NCBI GenBank assembly: GCA_014905635.1
Contig: JABVCE010000010.1
Coordinates: forward strand, 682,001 to 746,000
Origin: Scenedesmus sp. PABB004
Lineage: Eukaryota
Reading direction: 5' to 3'
DNA length: 64,000 nucleotides
This document shows positions 40,401 to 51,565 of this stretch, one piece after another. The notes under the pieces were generated by a model that was not told the origin of the DNA, ran no database searches, and worked only from the letters and a program-made list of their open reading frames with translations. Numbering within the stretch: the stretch's first letter is position 1; the number at the start of each line of letters is the position of its first letter. Both the position numbers and the translations under genes were made by a program.

Positions 40401-42344
40401 GGCGGCCTCGACGCGTACGACCTGGGCGCCGCGAGCCCCGAGGCGCCGCTGCTGCCGTTCTACGAGACGAGCTGCATGGACGCCGCCGAGCCGCACGTCG
40501 GCGACGCGCCGTGCTGCAGCCGCCACCGGCGCGGCAGGTGCGCAGGCGGCGGGGCGGCGCGGGGCGCACGCGGCGCTGAGCCCTGGCGCAGCGGCGGGAC
40601 GGCGGCGGGCGGCGGCGGGGCGGCGCGCCGCGCACACACCATGCGCCGCGCCGCCGCAGCCGGCCCGCGCAGAGCGCCGCCCCCGCACGGCCGCACACCG
40701 CCGCCGCCGCCGCGCCGCGCCGCCGCGATGGGCGCCCGCGCGAGCAGGTTCTCCGCCACCAAGGCGGAGGAGATCGCGGCCAACGAGGCCAAGCTGGCGG
40801 CGACGAAGAGCAGCTACGAGACGGACGCGCTGATGAGCCAGTACCTGAGCCTGCACTTTGGCCCCGCGGAGGCCGCGTTTGCCGACTTCATGGAGGAGAC
40901 GGGCATTCTGGCCGACGGTGGGCGCCCGCGCAGCGCGTCGCGGGGCCTGGCGGACCGGGCTGCGCCTCGAGGCATGCGCCCCCACGCCCACGCCTCCGCC
41001 CCGCGCCCGGCGCCGCAGCGCTGGACTTCCCCAAGAAGTGCGGAGACCTGGTCATGGCGTGGGCGGCCAAGCAGGGCACGCCGACCAACCGGTGCGCGCC
41101 GCGGGGCGCCGCCGCTGCCAGCGCCGCTGCCGGCGCCGCTGCCAGCGCCGCTGCTGGCGCCGCTGCCAGCGCCGCTGCCGGCGCCGCGGGCGCCCGCCGC
41201 CGGCGCCTGCGCCGCCGCAGCCCCCCACCTCACGCCCCCCGCGCCGCCCCCGCCGGCGCCAGGGCGCTGGACCTGGGCTGCGCGGTCGGGCGGAGCACGT
41301 TTGAGATGGCGCGCGTGTTTGGCGCCGTCGTCGGCATCGACCTCAGCCAGACCTTCATCGACATGGCCAACACTGTCAAGGACCACGGCAGGGTGCGCGC
41401 CCCGCGCGCCGCACGCGCTCCCCGCCGCACGCGCGCCCCGCCCCGCCGGCCTGCCGCCGCGCGCGCCCGCCGCCGCCGGCCGGCCGTTCCGCTGCGCGCC
41501 CGCGCGGGCCCACGCGCCGCGTGCGCCGCCCCGCGCCGCCCGCGCCCGCGCCGTGCGCCCCAGGTGGAGTACCGGCTGAAGGTCGAGGGCGACATCGCGC
41601 AGCCGCTCGTCGCGGCGATCGACGGCGCAATCGACGCGAGCCGCGTGACATTCATGCAGGCGCGGCACGCGGCACGCTGCACGCTGCACGCCCGGCGGGC
41701 ACAGCGCTGGCATGGCAGGCGGCGCCGCGCGGCGGCGTAGGCTGCGCTGCGCTGTGTGCGGCGCCGCCGACGCCCGCCGGCCCCCGCCGACGCGCCGCCG
41801 GCGCGCAGGGCGACGCGTGCGCGCTGCCGGGCGGGCTGGGCACGTTTGACGCGATCCTCGCCGCCAACCTGCTGTGCCGCGTGCCCGACCCCGCGGCCTG
41901 CCTCGAGGGCATGGCCGACGCGCTGGCGCCGGGCGGGCTGCTCGTGCTCACCAGCCCCTTCACGTGGCTCGAGGAGTACACGGCGCGGTCCAAGTGGGTC
42001 GGCGGCGCGGTCGACGAGGCGGGGCGCGGGCCGCGCTGCGCTGACGCGCTCAAGGCGACCGCGGCGGCGCTCGGCTTCACGGTGCTCGAGGAGGGACGGG
42101 TGCGCCGCGCCGCGCCGCGCCGCGCCGCGCCGCGCCGCGCTGTGCGCGCTGCGCTGCGCGCGCCGCGCTGATCCCCCGGCCGCCCTCTCCCCCCGCGCCC
42201 GCGCCGCTCACCCCGCCCTCCGCCGCGCTGCCGCCCGCCCGCCGCCCACCCCAGATGCCGCTGGTCATCCGCGAGACTGTGCGCAAGTATCAGCTGATCC
42301 TCGCGCACAAGCTGGTGCTGCAGAAGAACACGCCCGCGCGCTGA
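37434..42344 (+). CDS. ovoA: Ovothiol biosynthesis enzyme OvoA (5-histidylcysteine sulfoxide synthase + SAM methyltransferase), multi-exon; alternative ATG at 37509
   Basis: [39 protein letters not shown] (HxxxHxE iron motif), FGE-like domain ([35 protein letters not shown]), methyltransferase [15 protein letters not shown] and FMQGDAC...ANLLCR. Confidence 0.95.
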
Positions 42345-42816
42345 CCCGGCCGGCGCCCTCGCGCGCCTCGCTCCCGCGAGCGGCGCGACGCGGCGGCGGC
42401 GGGGAGCGGCCGCCGGCGGGGCGCGGCTGCCGGACCCGGCCGCGCTGCGCGGCGGCGGCCGGATGGGATTGACGCCTGCGCGAGCGGCGGCGGCAGCAGC
42501 GCTAGCGGCAGCGTGTGCGACCGACCTGGTGGGCCTTGCCTTGACTGAACTCAACTCGGCGACGGCGGGGGGCCTGCGGCCCGCCGCCTCGCAGCACTCC
42601 CACGTGCACGCGCGTCTGCCGCGCCGTGCTGGTTTTGGCGCGCCCATTGCAGCGCGCACTCACAATCAAGGGGCGCCGAGCGCTGACGCAGCCCCGGGGT
42701 ATCGACTGCTGCAGCGTGTGCACACACACACACATACCTACACACTCGGCCTGTGCGCGCGGCGGCTGGCTGCGCGCGGCGCGGCCGGCGTGGGGCTCAC
42801 TTGCGGGGCGACAGGC

Positions 42817-42821
42817 TGTAA
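42817..42821 (+). promoter_or_regulatory. Putative TGTAA poly(A) signal of ovoA
   Basis: tgtaa ~470 nt after the ovoA stop. Confidence 0.5.
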
Positions 42822-42904
42822 CCGACGGCGGCGAGACTCAAATGCACCAGCACCGCTCAGTCAGCACAGACTGCCGCGCGACGCTCAGCACCACGCGCGG
42901 CAGC

Positions 42905-43104
42905 GGGCTGCGCTGCGCGGCGCCGCCGACGCCCCCGTTGACGCGCAGGGCGACGCGTGCGCGCTGCCGGGCGGGATGGGCACGTTTGACGCGATCCTCG
43001 CCGCCAACCTGCTGTGCCGCGTGCCCGACCCCGCGGCCTGCCTCGAGGGCATGGCCGGCGCGCTGGCGCCGGGCGGGCTGCTCGTGCTCGCCAGCCCCTT
43101 CACG
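42905..43104 (+). pseudogene. Duplicated fragment of an ovoA intron end plus methyltransferase exon
   Basis: 42942-43104 matches 41802-41964 (offset 1140) with about 3 substitutions and is truncated after SPFT. Confidence 0.9.
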
Positions 43105-43121
43105 GCGACAGCGAAACTCAT

Positions 43122-43126
43122 TTACA
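43122..43126 (-). promoter_or_regulatory. Putative TGTAA poly(A) signal of LHCBM
   Basis: ttaca on + strand, ~210 nt downstream of the LHCBM stop. Confidence 0.6.
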
Positions 43127-43335
43127 CCAGCGCCGCTCAGTCAGCGCGGACTGCCGCGCCCGCCGCGGCGCGCTCTCATCCCAACACCGACCGACGACGC
43201 TCAACACCACGCGGGCGGCGGGCGGCGCGGGCCGGCGGCGGCAGCGCCTGCTGCGCGCCGCCGGCGCGGCGCCGCGCCGGCGCGCCCAAACACACCAGCA
43301 CCAGCAGCAGCAGCTCCTCGCCTCCGCGCGGCGGC

Positions 43336-44730
43336 TCAGTTGCCGGGCACGAACTTGGTGGCGTAGTTCCAGGCGTTGTTGCCGGAGGGGTCGCTCAGGT
43401 GGGCGTCGAGGTTGGCGATCGGGCCCTGGCCGGTCACGATCGCCTGCACGAAGAAGCCAAACATGCTGAACATGGCGAGGCGGCCGTTCTTGATCTCCTT
43501 GACCTTGAGCTCGGCGAAGGTGTCCGGGTCGTCGGCGAGGCCGAGGGGGTCGAACGCCTCACCGGGGTAGAGGGGGTCCAGGCCCTCGCCGGCGGGGCCG
43601 CCGTTCACGCGGTAGCCCTCGACCAGGCCCATGAGGATGACCTGGGGGGCGAGCGGACGGTGCATGAGCGTGGCGCGAGCGCGAGGCGCCGCGCGCGGCT
43701 GCCGACGCGGGCGGGCGGCTGCCGCCGCGGCGGCGCGGCTGCTGCGGCCGGCGGGGCCTGGCCGCCGCTGCCGCGCCCGCGTGCGCCGCGCGCGGGCGCG
43801 CACCTGGGTGGCGAGGGTCGCGAGGATCGACTGCGCGTGGATGAGGCTGCTGTTGCCGAGGTAGTTCAGGCCGCCCTCCTGGAAGATCTGCGCGCCGGCC
43901 TTGAACCACACGGCCTCGCCGAACGGCACGCCGTTCTTGGCCAGCAGCTCAGGGGTCACGCAGCCCAGCGCGCCTGGCGAGAGCGGGGCGCGAGCGGCGG
44001 CGGCGCAGCGCGTGAGCGCAGCGGCGGCGCGCTGCGGCGCGCTGCGGCGCGCGGCGGCGGCCCGCGAGCTCGGGGCGTGCTCGGCCGGGCACCGGCGGGC
44101 TCGGGGCGCCGCGCAGCGCTCGGGGGCGCCCGGGCGCGGCCGGATCTGGCGCCCGCGCTGCGCGGGAGCCCGATTGTGCGCAGATGCGCCCTCGGCGCCC
44201 CGGCGCGGCGCGAGGGGCGTCGCGGGGCCTCACCGAGCATGGCCCAGCGGGCGTGGATGAGCTCCAGCTCGCGGTAGCGGCGGAAGGTCTCCGGGTCGGC
44301 CGAGAGGCCGGCGGTGTCCCAGCCGTAGTCGCCGGCGAACTCGCCGGTGAGGTAGGCGGGGGTGTTGGTGGAGAAGGGGCCCAGCCACTTGGCGCGGTTG
44401 GGGCCGTAGAACTCGGTGCCCTTGCTGGCCGAGGCCTTGGAGACCTGCGCAGGCGGCGGCAGGGCGTCGGGGCGTGAGATCGGGGCAGGGCGAGGCGACG
44501 CGGAAGCATCCGCGCCGGCGCGGGGGCGCAGCGGGCGCCACAGGGCCCGGGGCGGGGCGGTCCATGCCGGCGCGCCATCGCAGCGCCCCTGCGCCGCGTC
44601 GGGGCCGCCACGACGCCCGCGCAGCGCCGCGACAGGCGTGGCACGCGGCGCGCACCTTCTTGGCAGACTTGGCCGCGGTCTTCTTGGCCTGCACGCTCAC
44701 GGTGCGGGCGCGCATCATGGTGGCAGCCAT
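43336..44730 (-). CDS. LHCBM: Major light-harvesting chlorophyll a/b-binding protein of PSII (4 exons)
   Basis: [86 protein letters not shown]. Confidence 0.98.
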
Positions 44731-45517
44731 GGCGGAGGGGCGGGGGGTGTGCTTGGGCGGTCACAGGGAGGGTGGTCTCGACTGTGGCGCCGAGGTGCGG
44801 CGCGGGAGGCGCCTTTATGCGTGTGCCCGGCGCTGGGCAGCCGGGCAGTTTGGCAGGCGCGTAGATCATCTACGCTTTCGCACGCGCGGACGCCCGCGCT
44901 GCTCGCAACAGCTTCCAACGCGTCCCCGCAGAGCGCGCGCGGCCGCAGGGCACGCGAGGCCTCGGGTGACCCCGGCGGCGCCCGCGCCGCCGCCGCGCGC
45001 CGCCGGCGCAGCCCCCCTGGCCCGGCGGCGGCGCGGGCGCCGCGCGCCGCCGGCGCAGCCCCCCTGGCGCCGCCATCGGTCGCGTGACGTTCACAGACTC
45101 CGCGCCAGCTGCAGCACTGGCGGCGGCGCTGCAGCGGCGGCGGCGGCGCAGCAGCACTGGCGGCGCAACGCTGGCGTGCGGCCGGGCCTGACGGCGACAC
45201 GGCGGCGCAACTGCGCCTGCTTACCAACACGCTACGGCAGCAACTCAAGCAAACAAGGGGCGGCGGGGGCAGGCCCCGGCGCGCCGGCTGACAGCGCGGC
45301 TGCGCGGCGCTGGCGCCAACACGCGCTCTCGGCGCGCCGACGCTGGAGGCCCGGGCCCAACTGCGGAAGCAGCAACTCCGGTGCGCGCACCCCGCCCCTG
45401 CCCGCCGCCTGGTGGTCTGCACGCCCCGCCGCCCGTCTGCCTGCCTCGCCTCAGCTGGAAGCCGCGGCCCGACCCGCCGCGCCTGCAGCGCGCGCGGCGC
45501 CGCTCGCGCCGCGCCGC

Positions 45518-46516
45518 TCACGCCGGCAGCGCATCAAACCATGCCTTGACGTGCGCGTAGCCGGTGGCGGCCGCGGCCGCTGCCCACTTGGGCTTGTAGG
45601 AAGCGAGCAACGCGGGGTACGTGGAGGTCGCCTCCACCGCCCACTGCCAGGCCCACTCCAGCATCGGCACGTCGCCGCGAGCGATTGCGACTGGAATCAC
45701 GTCAGAGTAACCAACCTCAAGGAACGCGGCGGAGGTCAGCGGCTGGTGCGCGCGCATCCACTGCAGCACCGGCAGGTGGCCGCCCGCCAGCGCCTCGCGG
45801 CCGGCCACAGGGGTCCAGGGCGCGCCCTGGGCGTGCGCCCAGGCCAGCACGGCGACGTGGCCGCCGCGCGCGGCCATCTCGCACACGCGCCTGCCCCAGT
45901 TGCAGCGCGGGCGCCGCTCGTGCGAGCGCAGCCACTGCAGGACCTCCAGGTGCCCGCCGCCGGCGGCCGCCGCGCACACGCCGTTGTCCCAGCTGCCGAC
46001 GCGCGGCGCGGTGCGCGCCCACTCCAGCACGGCCAGCGAGCCCGCGCCCGCCGCCGCGCGGCACACGTCGCCCAGGGCGCACCGCTGGCTGCGCAGCCAG
46101 GCCAGGCCCGCCACGTCGTTCGCGGCGGCGCGCGCCTCGGTCAGCAGGCGCTGCCGCATGGTGCGCTGCAGCACGGCGCGAAAGGCCTCCTGCACCGCCG
46201 CCAGCGGCAGCTCGGGGCTGCGCAGCGACACGCGGCGCGCGGCGCTGAAGCGCGCGCGCGCCGCCCGGCACACGCGCCGCGCGGCCCAGGCCTGCACGGC
46301 CGCCGGCAGCAGGCCCAGGATTTCCAGGACGATGGCCTCCGGCAGCTCGCCACCGCCGTCGCCGCCGCTGCCGCTGCCGCTGCCAGCGCGGGGGCGCGCG
46401 CGCCGGCCGCCGCCGCGCTGTGCTGCCGTCGCCGGCGCCGGCGCGGGCGCGGGCGCCCCGCCGCCACCGCCATGGCCGCTGCCACGGGACCGCAGCCCGG
46501 GTCGGAGAGAGGACAT
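45518..46516 (-). CDS. Intronless protein with F-box-like segment and degenerate ankyrin repeats
   Basis: ELPEAIVLEILGLLP...RRVCRAAR, then repeats CRAAAGAGSLAVLEWAR, CAAAAGGGHLEVLQWLR, CEMAARGGHVAVLAWAH and ALAGGHLPVLQWMR. Start taken at ATG 46516. Confidence 0.75.
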   Translation of the reverse strand: MSSLRPGLRSRGSGHGGGGGAPAPAPAPATAAQRGGGRRARPRAGSGSGSGGDGGGELPEAIVLEILGLLPAAVQAWAARRVCRAARARFSAARRVSLRSPELPLAAVQEAFRAVLQRTMRQRLLTEARAAANDVAGLAWLRSQRCALGDVCRAAAGAGSLAVLEWARTAPRVGSWDNGVCAAAAGGGHLEVLQWLRSHERRPRCNWGRRVCEMAARGGHVAVLAWAHAQGAPWTPVAGREALAGGHLPVLQWMRAHQPLTSAAFLEVGYSDVIPVAIARGDVPMLEWAWQWAVEATSTYPALLASYKPKWAAAAAATGYAHVKAWFDALPA

Positions 46517-47133
46517 CGGCGCCTGCTCGCGCGGGCGGCGTGCGCGGCGGCGTGCGCAGCTGCGCCCACCGCCGGCCGACGCAGCCGCCGGCGTGCCAGC
46601 GCGGCCCCTAGCTCGCGAGGGCGTGCGCCACAGCAGCGCTCTGCCGCAGGTGGCGCGCCAGCCGCCCTGGCCTCGCGCCCTGCGCTGCACGGGCAGCGCC
46701 GCCGGGCGCGGCGCCGCTGCTGCGGCCGCACCCACCTCGTGCGTCACCTGGCGCCGCTCGTTGCTGCCTGGTGCGCCTCGGCCGCGACCGAGGGCCCCAA
46801 AACGCCACGTACAGGCACGCTGCTGAGCTCAGCGAGGCAGCGGCGGCGTCGCGCGATCGACGCGTCCGGGCGTGCTCGGCGCGGCGGACGCTCTCGCGCG
46901 GGGCTGTGGCGGTCTCCGTGCCTGGGCGGGCGCGTGGCTCTGCGCCGCACGGCGGCGCCGGCGCTGAACCCTGGACCGCTGCCGCCGCGCGTCGCCTCAC
47001 GTTGACGTGGCGCTTGCCGCGCCGCCTGCGGCCCGCCCGCCGGCTGCGTGTCCCAGCAGCGCGGCGGCGGGCCTCTCCCAGCCAAGAACACGCGAGCCCC
47101 CTGCGAATCCCTGCGAACCGTCACGCCGCCCCC

Positions 47134-49879
47134 TCACGGCCGCGCCGGCGCGCCCGCGGACGGGCCCGCGCCGCCCGGCAGCGCCGGCGGCTTCTTGCGC
47201 CGAACGTCGACCCCCCCGCCGCCGAGCGCGTCACCGACCGCCGCCTCGAGCCTGCCCAGCACCTCGGCGCTCGCGTCCGACTCGGCGACCAGCTTGCCCG
47301 GCTGCGCGGGCGCCGCGCGGCGCCGGGCGGCGCGGCGCGGGGTCCGGGGCGTCGGCCGCGCGGGCGGCCCCAGCTCACCGAGCGCCCGCGCCGGCCCCCC
47401 GCCCCCGCCCGCGCTGCGTCACACGCCCGTCACACGCCCGTCACACCCCCGTCCCGCCTGTCCCGCCCGTCCCGCCCGTCCCGCCCGCCCACCTGCACCA
47501 TGTAGGGCAGCATCACGCGGAAGCCGTCCCGTATCGTCTGCGGCGCCATGCCGCTCGCCTCGGCGAGGGTCATGAAATCGAGCGCCTCCTCGCCGCTGTC
47601 GGGGTGCTTCAGCTGCGCGGCGTGCGGGCGCGCAGAGCGCGGTGCGGGCGGCGGCGCGCGGCGTGCGGTGTGGGCGGCGGCGCGGGCGCGGGCGCGGCGG
47701 TGCGGGCGGCGGCGCCGGCGGGCGCGCAACGCTGCCCGTCGCCCACGCACGCACACACAACACGCGCGCGCACACGCACACTGCCCCCCCCCCCCCCCCC
47801 CCCCACACACACACAACACACATGCACACAAACACACACACAACACACACGCACACACACACACACATCACACGCACACAAACGCGCGCGCGCCTTGTGT
47901 ATGTGCATGACGCCGTAGATGACCGCGCACGCCTGCGTCGCGGGGTCGCGCGCGGCCCAGGGCACGGCCTCGCGCCCCGCGAGCTCCGCGGCGGCCAGGC
48001 CGACGCGGTGCGCAAAGAGGCCGAGCTTGGCGTCGGTGCCCAGCTTGGACATGAAGCGCTTCTGTGGGTGTGCGCGAGGGAGGTTGAGGCGCGCGGGAGG
48101 GTGGTGCGGGCGGGCGCGTGTGATGGGCGTGCGGTGCGCGGGTGGGCGGGGCGGCGCGTGCGGGCCGCGGGCCGCCGCTGCGGGGGGGGGGGGGGGGGGG
48201 GGCTGTCCGCCCGCCGAACCCCTCGCAGCGGCGCCCCGCCCGCCCCGCGCCGCCCGCGCCGTCCACGCCCCCGGCCCCCGCGGCGCGGCGCGGCGGCTCT
48301 CACGATGAGGTCGGTCGCCTGCGTCGCCGCGACCTGGGTGTTGGGCGTCGAGCGCAGCGCGACCGCGCCGCTGAGGTCGGCGCCCGCGCCGATCGCGGCG
48401 CTGACGAGCTTGCGCTTGTACATCCTGGCAGCGCGTGCGCGCGGCGGCGGCGGCAGCGCGGCGCGCGGGGCGCGGTGCGGCAGGGCGCGGGGCGTGAGGG
48501 CGCGCTGCGCGTGCGCTGGGCCGCGCGCGCGGCCCCGCCGCCGCCAACCCCCCACGAGCCCTTCTGAACGAGCCCCATGGCGCCCGGGCCAGCCCGCTCG
48601 GCACCCCCGCCGGCCCAGCCCGCGCAGCGCCCCCGCAGCGCCCAGCACCCCGCCCGCCGGCCCGGCGCGGCGCCGCCAGGGCGCCGCACTTGTCGATCGC
48701 TGTAAAGCAGCGCCCGATGTCAACCTTGGACACGTCGGGCATGACGCCGCAGATCTCCTTGAAGGTCCGGTTGTTCTTCTCGCGCTTGGCCGCGACAAAG
48801 ATGCACGCCGCGTACACCGCCTTGAGCGTGCGGCCCTTGAGCTGCTTGCTCTCGTGCACCTGGCCCAGGAGGAGGCAAGGACGCGGCGCGGTGTTTGTGT
48901 GTTTGTGTGGGTGGGGGGGGGGGGGGGGGGGGGGGTGTGTGTGCGTGGTTGGAGGGGCCAGGGGCACAGCGCGGCGCAGCGCGCGGCGCGGCGCGCGCGG
49001 GGCCTCGGCCGCGCGCAGCCGCCGGCCTCCCAGGCCAGCCCCTCCCCTCCACGCAGCCAACAGCCAGCAGCGCGCAGCGCGCAGCGCCCCCACTCACGTC
49101 CTTGTAGATCTCCAGCGCGCTGTTGCGCACCGCGTCCGTCACGCGCAGCCGCTCCGTGGTCAGGCCGATCTCGCGGCTCGCGACCTGCATCGCGCGGTCG
49201 CCCCCGTGCAGGCGGTTGTGCAGGCGGTTGAGGCTGTTGAACTGCCCGCCGCCCATCATGCCCTGCGCGGCGCGCGGCGCGCGGCGCGGCGCGCGGCGCG
49301 GGCGGGCGGGCGCGGGCGGGTGGGCGCAGCGCGGCGCGGCGCGGCGCGGGCGTGCGGCAGCGAGGGCGCGGGGGCGTGAGGGCGGCGGCGCGGCGGGGGC
49401 GGCGGCGGCGGCCGGCGGCCGGCGGCCGCACCGGCAGCTTGCCGATGCCTGTGGAGAGGCCGCCGTCGTTCATGAGGGGGTTGGCCGCCGCGCCGACGCG
49501 GCTGGGGTCGTCGCCCTCCTTCTCCTGCAGGCCGCGGCGGCGGGCGCGCGCGGGGCGCGCGTCGGCGCGGCGTCGGCGCCGCCAGCGCGGGCCCGGGCGC
49601 ACGCGCCTTGTCGCCGAAGGTGCGCCACTCAGAGCGCTCATCGATGATGTGCGCCTCGGCGACGAGCCCGCAGGACTGCGCGGCGGCGGCGCCGCGCTCG
49701 TGCCCCCGCGAGGGCGCCGCGCGGAGCAGGTCCGCAAGCGGCGCAGCGGCTGCGCGGCTCGCCTTGCAGACGATGTCGCCGGCGGCGTGGTCCTCCACAA
49801 AGTCGAAGCCGCCGCAGTCGGCGCACACGCGCTCCTGGCGCAGCACGCCGACGGGCGCGAACACGGAGCCCGGGTCCAT
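47134..49879 (-). CDS. TFIIB: Transcription initiation factor IIB (TFIIB family), multi-exon
   Basis: Zn ribbon CADC...DHAAGDIVCK/SCGLV, B-reader IDERSEWRTF, DPSRVG, cyclin repeat KGRTLKAVYAACIFVA...RTFKEI. Confidence 0.92.
47745..47885. repeat. Poly-C and (CA)n-rich simple repeat in a TFIIB intron
   Basis: Long C run followed by imperfect ca repeats. Confidence 0.9.
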
Positions 49880-50097
49880 CCGCCGCCGCTGTTCGCGCCC
49901 GTAGCCGGGCGCAGCGCGGCGGGCCGCCGCCTCACGACACAGCGCCGGCTGCAGCCCAGTCCCGGGCGCTCACGCCGCCGGCTCTGGCGCGGGCGCGCAC
50001 GAGCGAGCGCGGCGCAGCAGCGCACGCAGGCTGCGGCGTGGCGCGCGGCGGAGAGCGTGGGGCGCGTCTGGCCTGCTCCCGTCGTGGTTGTGGTGGT

Positions 50098-50369
50098 CTG
50101 CGGGCGGGCGGGAGCGAGAAGGGGGAGGCGCGCGGCTCAACCGCGGCGGCACTGCGCCAGAACCCACGCTCGCTGCGCTGCCCTGCCGCCGAGCTGCCCG
50201 GCGCGCCGCAGTCTCGCCCCGCCCGCTAAAAAAGCACGCCGACGGCTCCGCCCCCTCGACCCGCGCGCCCGTTTGTGGGGCTGAGCCAGGCAGCCCGCGC
50301 CGCACTCGCTGCTCGCTGCTCCCCCGCGCCGCCAGGCACCGATCGCGCCAGCGGGCCTGCGGGCCGGCT
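50098..50369 (+). repeat. ~270-bp non-coding element, copy 1 (inverted copy at 55462-55730)
   Basis: Aligns to the reverse complement of 55462-55730, including long near-identical blocks such as ccagaacccacgctcgctgcgctgccctgccgccgagctgcccggcgcgccgcagtctc. Confidence 0.9.
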
Positions 50370-50469
50370 GCCGCCCACCCTCACAGGCGCATTGCACAGG
50401 GGAGACCGACAGGCAGCAGCGGCGGGTGCGCCAGCAGAAGCGGCTGCGGCGGCACCGGCGGCGGCTGCG

Positions 50470-50475
<6 letters not shown>

Positions 50476-50518
<43 letters not shown>
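50476..50518. repeat. (GCG)n repeat immediately upstream of ATG 50522
   Basis: Uninterrupted gcg run. Confidence 0.85.
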
Positions 50519-50519
<1 letters not shown>

Positions 50520-50521
50520 CG

Positions 50522-51234
50522 ATGTCGGTCGAGGAGCGGTGCGCGCAGTTTGCCGGCGACGCCGCGGCGCGGCCCAAGGCGGGCCGGGAGATTGACAAGC
50601 TGCGCAAGTTCCTTCACAAGAACCAGGGCACCCGCTTCACCGCCAAGGAGCAGGGCCACCTGTTTGCCGCGGTGGGGGCGTACGCCAAGGCCGCCGCCGC
50701 GGCGCCCGAGCCGGACGCGCCCGCGCTGGGGCTGGTCGAGGACGCGCTGAAGATGCCGTTCACGGGTGGGTGCGCCCTGCGGGCCCGCGCCGGCCGCGCC
50801 GCCGCCAGCCTGGCGGCGCACCGACGAGCGCGCCGCCGCCAGCGCGCTGCCGCGCCGCGGCGCAGCGGGGGGACGCGCGTGCCGCTGACCCGGCCGGCGC
50901 GCGGCCGCACGGCCGCCCGCCCGCCGCAGTGTTCACCACGGCGCACAAGGCCAAGATGCTCGCGTGGCTGGACAAGCTCAACGGCCTCGAGGCCGCGGCC
51001 GCGGGCGGCGACGGGCCGGCGGGCGCGCCGAGCCTGACGGTGCTGGACGTGACGGCGGACGCCGCGGAGCTCATGGACGCCGAGGGCGAGACGCAGCGCG
51101 TCGACCTGTCCGTGTGCGACGCGGAGCTCGTGGCGCGGCTGCGCGCGGCGTTTGAGCGCGGCGACGCGGAGCTCTCGGTCGAGCTGGGCACGCGGCACGG
51201 CAGGCCGGCGATCGTGAAGCTCACGGTCGGCTGA
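50522..51234 (+). CDS. Small uncharacterised protein (2 exons); C-terminus resembles the eIF5A C-terminal OB/S1-like domain
   Basis: Exon 1 MSVEERCAQF...ALKMPFT, GT-AG intron ~50766-50928, exon 2 FTTAHKAKMLAWLDKL...LTVLDVTADAAELMDAEGET...IVKLTVG*. Good codon bias. Confidence 0.8.
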
Positions 51235-51565
51235 GCTGCGCGCGGCAGCGCGCGCGGGGAGGGGGCGAGCGCGGCGCCGCTCGGCGCGGGCGCGGAGCGA
51301 GGGCAGCGCAGGAGCGGGCGGCGCTGCGACACGCGCCGGGGTCGGTCGCGCGGGGGCCGGGCGGGCACGCAACTGCTCGTTTCCTCGTGCCAACGCGCAC
51401 CCTCGCCTCCTCTCCGCCTAGGGCAAGCCATCAACTGCAGCGCTCGCGACAAAGTAGCCTCGCCTGCACGCCGCCGCGAGCGCGCGGCGGCACAGGCCGC
51501 GGCACAGGCCGCGGGCGCCCCGGCGTCGCGCCCGCCTCGCGCAGGCGCGCACGAGCGCGCCCGGC

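Noticed and set aside
32479..42344. Repeat precursor + transporter + OvoA as a RiPP-like biosynthetic cluster
   Set aside because: OvoA acts on free His and Cys, the five central repeats lack both residues, and the transporter is a housekeeping-type family. Only adjacency supports the idea.
42463..44277. 604-aa ORF as a standalone methyltransferase gene
   Set aside because: Only ~52 aa derive from the duplicated ovoA exon; the rest is UTR and antisense of LHCBM.
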